Assembly (NCBI GenBank): GCA_951406725.2
Contig: OX597828.1
Span: forward strand, 14,198,001 to 14,262,000
Length of the DNA stretch: 64,000 nt
Reading direction: 5' to 3'
From: Octopus vulgaris
Lineage: Eukaryota
Shown here: positions 12,575 to 24,500 of the stretch, piece after piece
How positions within the stretch are numbered: position 1 is the stretch's first letter
Layout of the letters: each line of letters begins with the position of its first letter
The notes under the pieces: model-generated
Databases searched by the model: none
Told to the model about the DNA's origin: nothing
Seen by the model: the letters and a program-made list of their open reading frames with translations, nothing else
Program-made: the position numbers and the translations under genes

Positions 12575-15500
12575 TACTACTATTGAACAGTGAGAATGAG
12601 TGATCAATACTGCACTGGTGAATAAATATTCTTTATTTGTGGGTTACCAAGTTTGCCTCATGGGGGAACATTGGTGCTCTTCTCCAAAATGGAAACAGTC
12701 TTGTTAACCCAAAAATAAAGTGTGGGTGTGTGTATATATATATAATTGTGCTTCATAATAGATCTTACAAAGAGATTATAGAATCTTTAGTTATAAAGCT
12801 CTTCAATTTATTTTCAAGATTATAGATTCCAAGATTATTCTTGGAATCTATAATCTTGAAAATAAATTGAAGAGCTTTATAACTAAAGATTCTATAATCT
12901 CTTTGTAAGATCTATTATGAAGCACAATTATATATATATATACAAAACTAATACCTGAAATTTTCAAGTCTAGGTCTGAGAGATAATGGAAAGCTACAGG
13001 CTTTTTCTCCCTTAGCTAACAGAATTTGATGACACTTGCAGAAAACACCAATAACAATCAAGAAACAAGATTACTGCTCAACTAAAATGATATATACTAC
13101 TGATTATTATTATTATTATTATTATTATTATTTACTGCAATAAAATCAACTTTTGGTTTTTGTCTATCTTGTATGAGATCATATTCAGTAGTAAACATGA
13201 ACTAGATTGAATTCAATAGATTACGTCCTGCCTCTTCAAATTTAGAGTATCATGCTGATGATATGAGAAAACTATTGTTTTTTTTAAGTGTGAATAAAAT
13301 CTAATCAAAATATGTGCCAAAGGCAGAATGAAGTGCATTGTTGCAATGTAAATGGTATTGCAGATCTAATGGAACTGATGCCAGCATGGAAAAAATGTTA
13401 AGAAGCATAACTATGATGAAAATTAAGATATGGTTCCTGCTATAAAATCTTCATTTTCTACTGGAAAATGTATAAATGAGACAATCGTTAAAATATTAAT
13501 GATATATATGTAAGGAATGAAATATTAACCGATTCCTTTTTTAATGAGAAATGGTTAGATAAAAGACAGTAGTAAAACGCTTATTCAAATAAAAATAAAA
13601 ATTAAGAGTTGCTTTATAGGGGAATAAGAATTTTGTGCAAAAATAAAGAATCTGTTTTAATATTTAATTAAAAAAAAAAAATTAAAATTTGCAAAAACAG
13701 ATGAGTGATTGGTAAAATAAAATGAATAAAGAGGTAGGAGGAGGAGGAGGTGACTGCATTCAACCAACTATTCCTGACTAAAAACAGTCAGAAATATGTC
13801 AGAATGGGCCGAAATGTGAGTCTTGTGTCAGCAGTGACAAGGCACTCTTACCTACTCTGGAAGGTAGTGTTTTCTGGGCTGAAGGAGAAAAGTAAGGTCT
13901 TTCTTGTCTAAACATTATAAACAATTTGTAATTTGTTATATTTTCCTTTTAGAGAGCATGACTATTATTGAAATATATTTACAAAACGTTTTTAAGCTAA
14001 AAATAAAACTCATTTGATGTTAGAAATAAAAGTTATTGAAATACATTAAAGTCAACATTTGCTGAAATACAATTTTAGATAATCTTTTTTTTTTTTAGCT
14101 ATTTTTTTTTGTTGCTACTTTCCTATGGCTACAAATACAGTTTTAACCCTTTGAACCAGAGTATGCTTTAGGAGGTACAATTTCATTTAACTATCCCCTG
14201 AAAGATCTAAAAAAACAAGCAGCCGCATAGCTTTAATTGGCAGAAACCATTTTAGTTTCAGCTGTAAACAGTCAGCCATAAACACCAAAGACATATGGTT
14301 TAACCCTTTCATTACTGTATTTATTTTGAGACACTGTGTTTCTTTCAATTATTTTAAATATAACAAAGAATTTAATAAAATAACTTAGTCACAATTTATG
14401 TTCCTAACACCAGCTTAATGATGACTAAGGTTTGGTGGAAGATTTTAATTCAGAACTTTTGAAAACAAGATATTTGTACAACAGAGCCAGAGCCGGTTTT
14501 GGCCGGGTTGGTAACGAAAGACAGACATTTAGCTCATGTTCAGAAAGTTTTGAGTTCTATTCTCAGCCATGTATTGTGTCCTTGAGAACGACTATTTCTT
14601 GTTACTCCAGTCCACTCAGCTGGCAAAAATGACTTGTACCTGTAGTTCAAAGGGCCAGCCTCGTCATATTCTGCATCAAGCTGTGTCTCCCAAAGAACTA
14701 CATTAAGTGTATGCATATTCGTTAAGTGCTTAGCCAATTGCACATTAAATTTCACGAGCAGATTGTTCTGTTGATTGGATTGACTGGGACACTCGTCGCC
14801 TATAACCAACAGAGGGCCAGCCAAACACAAAACCAAGTGACCACCCACTTTTTACATTCTCTGAGGGTATAGTCACATGAAGTCATGCCCACTAAAATGT
14901 ACGCATAAGTTCAAAGGGTTAAATAAGTTGTTAACAAACAAAAAATGGGTGGGGAAAAAAAAAAAAGGGCGGGAAACAACTTACAAAGACCAATACAATA
15001 AAAATAATTACCTTCATTAATTTCATTGACTAAAGCATCATCCTCTACTCCAGAGGGTGAAACAACCTTTGCAAGCAGTTTACCATGAGCACCATTGAAA
15101 GACACTTTGAAGACGGCAGGCTTGTTTACCTAGAAGAGAACAACAAAAACTAATGAATAAAGGTTTTAAATTTTTACAAACTCTTTGACATTAACCCTTT
15201 AGTATTCAGATTATTCTGTTGAATGTAATGCTTGTTTATTCACATTGTTTTGAATTTATAATCTATTATCTTGTAGCTTCGATATTTTGATGATATGTTT
15301 GTTTATTTTAAGAACAACATTATAGGATACATGTGAGAGGCTGGATCTGGCCAGTTTATATATTAAAGGGTTAAAATTAAGGGATGACATCTGGAAAAGA
15401 TCCTTAAACTCAATTTAGTTATTTTCATGAACCTATGCAACACTATGTTCAAAACTAAAATTCATACAAACACATATCCATCCATACATGTATGTATGTA

Positions 15501-18500
15501 TATGATGATAAACCAGATGAAACTTCAAAGAATCAATCATTCCCTTGTAAAAATTAATGTGCTCTACTAAAAAGTATTCAGTAACCCTTCGTTAATATTA
15601 AATTGTTTTTCTGCACAAGCTGATATATAAGCTAACATGAATAACCATGCAAGCAATGACATAAACAATGTGCTTTGTACAGTTTCCATTAATCTTTTAC
15701 TTGTTTCAGTTATTTGACTGCGGCCATTCCTAATGCCAACCAATCCAAGAGTGTAATGGTTGCTTTTACATGCCACCAGCACAGGTGCCATTTGCGTGAC
15801 ACCAGTATCTACCACAGCTGCAATATTGCTTGGCTTGATGAGTCTTCTCAAGCATGGCATACTGTCAAGGATCTCGGTCATTGCCTCCATGAGGCCTAAC
15901 AAATGTTATTTTAATTTTGAGATTAAGAAATTAAAAAGAACAAAGAAAAAACCTGACTGGAATGATTAATATTTTAAATCATAATGCAAATATCAAGTTA
16001 AAATATTTGGGTTCAAATAGGCACAAGCAAAGCTCAAAATTATATCAAACTTCCTCTTTTAGAAGAAGATTGTACAAACACACAAGTTCTAAATATAATA
16101 TTCCATAAACTATTTCAAGACATCTCACAAATATACTACAGACAGAGTCTATACATTGTTGTTTGACATACTAGAAGTAGTAACCAAATTTGCCTCAAAT
16201 CATATGCTTCCATCTTAAAAACAGATGGATATACTGGACAATGTTGTTCAAGACCTATTAAAGAGGAGATGGTCATGGTTGGAACCTCCGTTTACAACTG
16301 AGAAGATGTGGTTATATATATATAAAACCCCTTATTCTGTCAAAGAGAACACAATGTTAGCAATATTACCTGCAATCCTTTCTCTTGAAGAGAATGAACT
16401 GAGAGTTTTTGAGCATCTCCAACACTTGGCGAAATAGCCACTCTGAAAGGTGACTCTGGGATGTGTTCATCGTTAAACTTAACAGATACCAGGTACTCTC
16501 CTGCAAATTATATAAATAAAAATGTCATAACTTGTATCTATAACAGTCAAATTCCAATTGCAACACAACCAAATTATAATTTTACAGTAAGAGATAATTA
16601 CAGAGCAAAAAGAATGAAAAATTTATAAATAAGTAGGATACTGACCAGGCTCAGTGCACACATAGTTCACACCACAAGAACCATCTTTTCTATCTTCAAA
16701 ATCTATTTCAGCTTTAGATGGCCCCTCAACAGCAATAGACAAACCACCAGCACCAGCTTCCCGAGTATAAATGTTGAATTCACCTTTAGAAATAGAGAAA
16801 CAGTTGTTGTATGAGAAGTGTATGAACAGGAGTAAAGAAAGGCTGCTGCAATAATACTGAGTTATTTATGATTGAAGCAGAGCTAAAAGATTTATGTGAA
16901 CTATTTTGGAAGTTAATATTAGATTTTAGATTTTAAGATTTTACATGTCAAGTGGGGAAAAAGAAACCAAGAATTTACAAATATGTAATATTTTGGTCTC
17001 AAAATTATGATTAAATTACTTACAAGGTGAGTGTACTTCTCCTTTCTCTAAGCCAGGACCAGCTGCATGCACTTTGTGGGCTCCGCCTCCAGTAATAGGC
17101 CCAACTGTGAATTCAAAGGGGCTGCCTAAAGACGAAAAATACAAAGAAAAATGTATATATACATAGATCTGGAAATCAAATCTTAAATTTCAAAATGAAT
17201 TAAAAAAATTTTTATTTATTTTTTTAATATCTGAGAAAAATCTAAAATGCTCAAAGAACCTTAAAATATGCTCACCTGGAATATGCATATCTTTGTGCTT
17301 TACACTAACTGTATGGACTCCCATTTCTTTGGGAACGAATTTGATACTATAGTGACAGTCATTTAAGCTAATTACATCACAAACTTCAGTTACACCTGAT
17401 GGGCTGGTTACAGAAGCAGTCATATCGAAAGGACTTGTGCCTATAATGAAACAGGAGAGATATTAATTACATATCTTTATTAAATTATAACACTGAAATT
17501 AACATTAGTAAAATGATAATTTCCTAAATTGAGCATTACATAAATATTTGTTTAAATATATTTTGTCTAAATGTTTTAGAAACAAGAATTAGACAAACTA
17601 GACAATAAATACAGACATTTCAAAGTTTTTTTTTTCTTTGTTTTTCTTACAGCAGGACAATTGCTATACTGCAGTTAAACTATGCTGAAGTTTCTAATTT
17701 TAATTTAAAATAAATACAATTAAGAGACAAAAAAGTCAATGTTGTTAACACACAAGTTTATAAACAATGATGCTTCCATTTATGGTATTGGTTGCCCAAT
17801 AACAAAGAGCAAATGATATTTAATAATGGAGCAGTATAATTTTATCAACTAAGAAAGATTAAATTCTTAAATATAAAAAAGTTCATACAATGAAATGATC
17901 TGGTTTAATTAAGATAATCTGAAATTTGTAACAGGAGGTTGCACAAATAAATAAAAAAATTCTTTGAAAGAAAAATTGCATTTTTCTGTAACTGACAAAA
18001 GATGCTAGTCAGGTGGGAAAAAAAAAACACAAATAACTGTGAAAGCACCATAAAGCTATGGCAAATCTAGGTGATAAGTTAATTCTATTTTCTGCATGGC
18101 GCTAATATAAAAATAAATAAATCAACTTCAGTTTTTTTTCTCTTTCAGCTGCTGTAGATGCGCGAAAATAACTGTGAATGAACGTGTGTGTGTGTGTGTG
18201 TGTGTGTGTGCATTATATACATACACACACACACAAGATAAAATATAAAGAATCCAAATTTTTAGTGTCCAAGTGAAAGGAGGACACTTTTATAGCAAAT
18301 TTATACAGGATGGAAGGATAGAGACAACTGTGTGAACTCAGTTTGAATGGTTGGAGGGAAAAAAATGAAGAGAAGCAGTTCATGATTATGTAAGGATTAG
18401 AAAAGGTGTTTAGTACAGAGTTTAGTGACAATGTGAACGAGTTGAGATACTGAAGGCAAAGAGAAGAAGCTGAAAGTGGTAGACAGAAAGTAAAGCGAAA

Positions 18501-21500
18501 GAACACGAGTTCATTATAGCAGTACAGAAGCAGACAGACAACATTTGAATGGTGGGCCAGAAGTTTTAAAGTTTCAGTAAATCGATAGCATGTGAGAATT
18601 TTCTTATTAGGGTGCAGTTGAAATTTCATGTGTGAATTAAGTCAAAGTGCAACGGGCCACAATCATGGCCATTAGGCACAGGTTGGCAGGCCACAATCAT
18701 GGCCCAGATAGATGCATTTAATTTATGGGCGTTTGTTGGGGTTTAATGTCACTCAAACGCTCCGATACCCACCAGAATGCAAGAGGGCTAATAATTCAAC
18801 TAATGATTTTTCAGATGATGTAAAACTTGCCACCATTATATACTAAGATAGTCTAACTATTTTTAGCTTTTTATGTGTGCATGGAAGTCTCATTTTCATA
18901 AAATGTGCTCAGCAATCCATGCTGCGTAAGTGCAAGTCCCAGCACTTTATGGGTTAAGTAAACCCACAGTGGCCCCTAGTGTTCTAGTGCAGTGCGTATT
19001 TCAGTTTTGTAAAAAAGTAGCAAATCAAAGCTGAAATAGTATGTTCATGACCCTAAAAAGGGAGCACAATTTTGTGAAGCAAACTTAACTTAGAAAATTG
19101 TGAGGTGGGAAGCCGTGTCATAGGATTTGAGATCTACTTAAACATAGTATATTTAGGTTTTGCGGTGGTTTGAAATGTATGTTGTTCTGAGAGTACAGAG
19201 GAAGCAGAGTTGCAAATTTGTTCCTTAAAATGTCAAGTGTTTCAAATCTCCATTTCAGAAATTTCAGCTGTTCAAGGATAGGCAGAACTAACAGAAAGTG
19301 TTGACATTTCATATGAACAAAGTCATTGTGATAAAATAAGGGAGATAAGTAAATAGGCCATTGATGGAATTGAAGGTCAGAAAGGAATCTGATATAGAAT
19401 CAATAGAGTGACAATAAAAGAAAAAACTTGTTTACACAAGGAGAACTTCTCAGGAACTTCTCAACTCGGTTGTAATGGAGCTTTATGAACAGGCAGTTGC
19501 ATCCGGTTTTCATACCAGACAGAACAGAAGACTTTCAATGAGGTCAAGAGCAGTAACATTGCTTTTATTGAAGTTAAGGGCAAGAAGCCACTGATGTGAT
19601 ACATGAAAGTGGTCAAAGGGAATTTAGTTTTCTAGAATCAGTACAGATTGGGAAGAAATTAAATGATGCAGTAAGGATTGTTTATAATTTTATAATTATC
19701 CCATCAATTTCGAGTTGTTGGATGGATATAATAGATCAGTAGTAATCAGGATTGGAGAAATTGCCATAAAATGATAAAAATTTGGTCAAGATATGGGCAA
19801 AAATGAGCAAGTGTCACCAATTCCTGACACTGTTTCAAATGAACAAATGACAGTTAATCAAATGATGTTGCATGTATTTCATAACTGTATAATAGTGACA
19901 CACCAGATCACATCAGTTGAATCCATTTGTTGGATGCATCACAATAGCTGTTGTCTGCAATTTCTATTTTAACCGTTTACTGCCTATATTTAAATTAATT
20001 AATTTAGAAATTAATCAAAAATCTGGGAGAGTGGAAATTTAGAAAATAAGTTGATTTTCATTTATGTCCAAAACAGCAGCTGAATAAGGAAATAATTTAA
20101 CAATAGCATCTTACATTAAACTATGATGACAGATTTTAATATGAAACCTTGAAAACAGGCAATCTTTTATAACTGAATCAAAGATGAATTCAGTGGTGGT
20201 GATATTGAAGGATTAAGCTTTCTTTGGCCAAGAGTAAATTCCTTAATATGTAGTCAATATAAAATTGACAAAATATTTTATCAATTAGCTGATTTTGAAC
20301 AAAGATGATGTGTTTGTTAACTAAGTGGAAAAGATTTAAATATAGACAAACTTCATTTTATTTATCTTTATAGACTTAATATTTATATTTTGGGATTATT
20401 TTAAAACATGGTGATCATTCAGAATGATTTCCAACCAGTTTTCTTCAAAATTTTCCAATTGTTTTTGACTAAATTAGACTTCTATAAAACTGACTTTTAA
20501 AGGTAAAAAAAAAAAAAAAATAGTAGCCTTTAATTTGAAACTTTTAGTAAAATTAAAGCATCTAAATTGTTAGCAATTGAAAGCTTAAAATATACAAGGA
20601 ATAAAAGTGAGCATTTGTATAAATTTACTCACAATATTAACACAGTACAGTAATAAGCAATTTTATATGAGCAACAACGCAAGATTCATAGAAAACAATA
20701 CAATAATATTTAAACATTGTGACACTTTAGTACAGAAACAAAAAGACAAAACAAAAAAAAATGACAAAAAACAAAAACAAAACTAAGTTTGGTTATTTAT
20801 AGTCAATATTATTCAACATTTTCACATTGACAAAAACAGACAAACAATTAAAACAAAAGCTAAACAATGAAAGTTCCAATGCTGTGCAGATCAGAACAGT
20901 AAACACTAACATGACAATCACATAGCTGGATTCCTCAATACAAAATGGCCAATATGGTCCAGATACTGATATTACACACCACCAAAAGGTAAAAAGAGAA
21001 AATAATTTATTGTAGATTTTTCTACAAAGGTATTAATATTGAGGAACCCAAAACAATTTTCTGAACTCGTGCATAAAAGGATACATGCAGCCTAATAACG
21101 TTATTAGAGATGTATTCTTTTACACATATAGAACACCATGCATCTATTGTTTCTGACAATGCAAAATAAAAAATAAAACAATTCTTAACCAGGACTAATT
21201 TAAATCATCTTGGGTGGTCCCTGCACTTATCAAGGGAGTGCTGTTCTTGCTCAGATCTTCCTGAGTCAGAGGAAAAGCAAGTCCCAGTATGTCAGAGGGA
21301 CAAGTGGGTGCAGAGAAAGCCAAGAGAGTCAGCAATGCAAGATTCAAAAGCCTTAATGGATGGATGAGAGCTTGCTCAATTTGTGAGTTTGATGGATGAT
21401 CAGTGACTCCTTGTTCAGTTCATCCACCCTAGTAAGGGTGTTCATTGATTCTATACAGGCCAGGACGAGAACCTGGAGTGGCATCATGAACATGAAATTG

Positions 21501-24500
21501 ATAATAAAGATTACATGAGCTAATACAGAAATGGATTAAGATAAGCCAGGGATAAGACCAACCGAAGAACATAAATATAGACCAACTAATAGTACAATAT
21601 TAAGACAATATGAATATAGACCAGTGCTCCACAACCTTTTTTTCACTTGCAGTACACTTAAATTCTTTTCAAATTCGGTAGCACACCTGAACTAAAAATA
21701 TAAAAGTATACGGGAAAAAATATTTAGGTTACACTATGGCACACCTAGCAATGTCTCACAGCACAGTGTGCCGCAGCATACCAGTTGCAGAGCACTGATA
21801 TAGACCAACAAAATATATATACATGTACGTATACACTACAATGTTAAGACATAAAGGGACAAAGCTAGTTGCGACATGCAGACAGAATATACTTCTTGCG
21901 TTACAAAGTATAACTACATTACTTACATAGCCACATCCTGTAGAAAGCTTTTAGTAATTAGATATAGACAATCAACTAGAAATGTAATTAGACAAGATTT
22001 TGCAACCACTAATACATGAAGCATTTCCCAAACCACTATACTTCATATCTAAGAATTTAAGAATTAGTAAAAACACAGATAAAAATCAGAAAAAAAAAAT
22101 GCTATAAAAATGATTGATATAAAAGATCAGTGTCTGTGGAAATGGTAAAGTAAGAACATCAATGACTCATGTATTTCTATATTTCTTTCCCACAGGTGTT
22201 TTGTGTAAAAATATATTTCCTATATTCAGTGAGTTATTTTAAAACGCAACAGATAATAAAAGTATGAAAGATAGGTTTAAAGTAGAAGCTGCAAATGAAT
22301 TAAGTGTCCAAGATTAAACTATACTGCTGAATAAATTTTTTCTTATATTCATCAAATATTAGATTTTATAATAAATGTTTATTTAATATTTCTTTTGGTG
22401 GTAAATAACTTCCCTTTCTGAAGCGAGAATATATATATATATATATATATATAAAAAAAAAATTAAAAAAAGTAGCTAAATGGATTTTACATCTGGGAAG
22501 GTATTTTATTTCTCATGCTCTGCTAGAATGATACATTGGAGTATTTTGAAAGAATTTCTAGAATATTTATCTAAAATGTAAATACATAAAGAAAATGCAG
22601 TGTCATTGTTGTAAACAAACTAAAACAATATAAAATGTGATAGAATCAAGTTTGCTTACAAATATATTTTTGAACCTCCTTAAACTTTATTTGGAAGAAA
22701 TTTATAGCAAACATGGTTTTTAATCTATAAGAAATAGCAGATATAAGGAAAATGTGGTATAGCTGCAAAGTGTGTATGTGTGTGTGTGTGTAGTTTCAAA
22801 ATACACACATGTTAGCATGGTCACAAAGTACAAGTGTGTGAGTTTGCTGTCACAAAATATGAATGCGGTGCTCCAGCATGGCTGCAGTCAAATGATTGAA
22901 ACAAGTAAAAGAGTCACATGTGATAACAGTGTTTGTGTATATGCAGTGACAGTACTTGTATGTGTGTGCATGTGTGACAGTACATGTGTGTGTGTGTGTG
23001 ATGACAAATCCATCTTACACACACCCATGATGAAATGCTCAATCATTAAAATTGACGTAAAATTTTTAACGATTTCTTCCCGAGTTCAATCCCAATGTTA
23101 TCCGAGACAATAACATTGTCATTATATGGTTATTTTATGTTTATTATATCTTCATAAATTTATTTTCATCTCCTACTCCTAACATATAATTATAATAACT
23201 GCACTATAATTCTAAATTATAATAGAAAAGAATAGTTGGAAAATGCAGTTAAAAAAGTAAAAACAAACCTAATTATTATTAATCCAAAATAAATTTTAGA
23301 ACTGGTCAAATGTGAACATAAATACTTCACTAAAATCTTGCAAACATCAGAGTGTTTGCAAAATAAAATGTCATTTTATTTTTTATGGATAAAATGAAAC
23401 CCCTTAAGACTTAAGGATAATAAAGAATAATTATACTACTACTATTACTACTACTACTACAAGTAGTGATACAGAATGTCTTACCAACTGATTTCTTTAC
23501 ATCCTGATTGTTAGTAATGGTAATAATATTGTGTGTGTCCCATTTTACATAGGGTATATAATCTGTAACAACTTTGACAGGAGACGAATAAGACTTTACA
23601 AGAGTAATTGGTACTGTACGCATTTTGAAAGATTTTGTTTCTTTGTGGGTTTCTTATTTGTTTTTCCTTTGTTATTTGTTTTTTAAAATCACAGAAACAA
23701 AACAGTTCTTTTGGGGTGAAAAAGAAAGAACCGATATAAATATATACAGTACTTCTAACTGTCAACAAGTCACAGGCAAGGAAAATGTAATAAAAAACTA
23801 GTTTTTGTTGTTGAAGAAGCTAAACGAAACTGAAATAGATTCTCTTTCTGGAGAGAGAAGTGAAGAATGAGCAATATAAGCAGTAGCTGAAAGCTTAAAA
23901 AGAAGCTGTGCTGGCTGAGAGAAGTTACATTATTGCCCTCCAGCAAGGTGAGTAAAAATATCATTTCAGCAGCAGCAGACAAGTATCTCTACCTTACTCC
24001 CCCTCCCACCCACTCTTGGCACTGATAACAAAAATCTTAAATGCCAGATTTCACAATAGCTGGAAGTTGTCTTCAGAAATAGAGCCAAAACTCTTTTCTA
24101 TGTACTGACAACATTTTTTTGGTATGTTTTATTAACTAACAGCAACTGGACTGTTAACATGGAAAAAAAAAATCTACAAGAATGAGGAAAACTTGATTGC
24201 AATAGAAATGGCATGGAACTAATTAAATTCTTGGTATTGTGTGATCACAATTATTTTTTCTTAATAGTAAAAGTTAAAAAAAAAAAAAAAACTGAACAAA
24301 CTTAATGCACCAAGTTAGTTTGACAAAGTACTTTTTTTAAAACTAACAGCAACTGGACAAAGTTTGACAAAGTACTTTTTTTAACTAACTTTTTTAACTA
24401 ACTTGACAAAGTACCTTTTTTTAATTAACAGCAACTGGACTGTTAACATGGAAAAAAACTCTACAAGAACGAGGAAAACTTGATTGCAATAGAAATGGCA

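Noticed and set aside
11968-12607. YIYIYI and HTHTHT ORFs here and near 3.3, 28.1 and 49.8 kb
   Set aside because: Microsatellite read-through
17776-18866. CArG box CCATTTATGG (17776-17785) and MEF2-type site CTATTTTTAG (18857-18866)
   Set aside because: Plausible for a filamin gene but expected by chance in AT-rich DNA; needs conservation or ChIP data
22660-22678. 19-nt microexon-like unit that would pair with the 11-nt candidate to give 30 nt
   Set aside because: AAG acceptor without a pyrimidine tract
23941-23953. Perfect plus-strand donor AAG|GTGAGT suggesting an antisense gene
   Set aside because: No partner acceptor or ORF found; a single motif is insufficient
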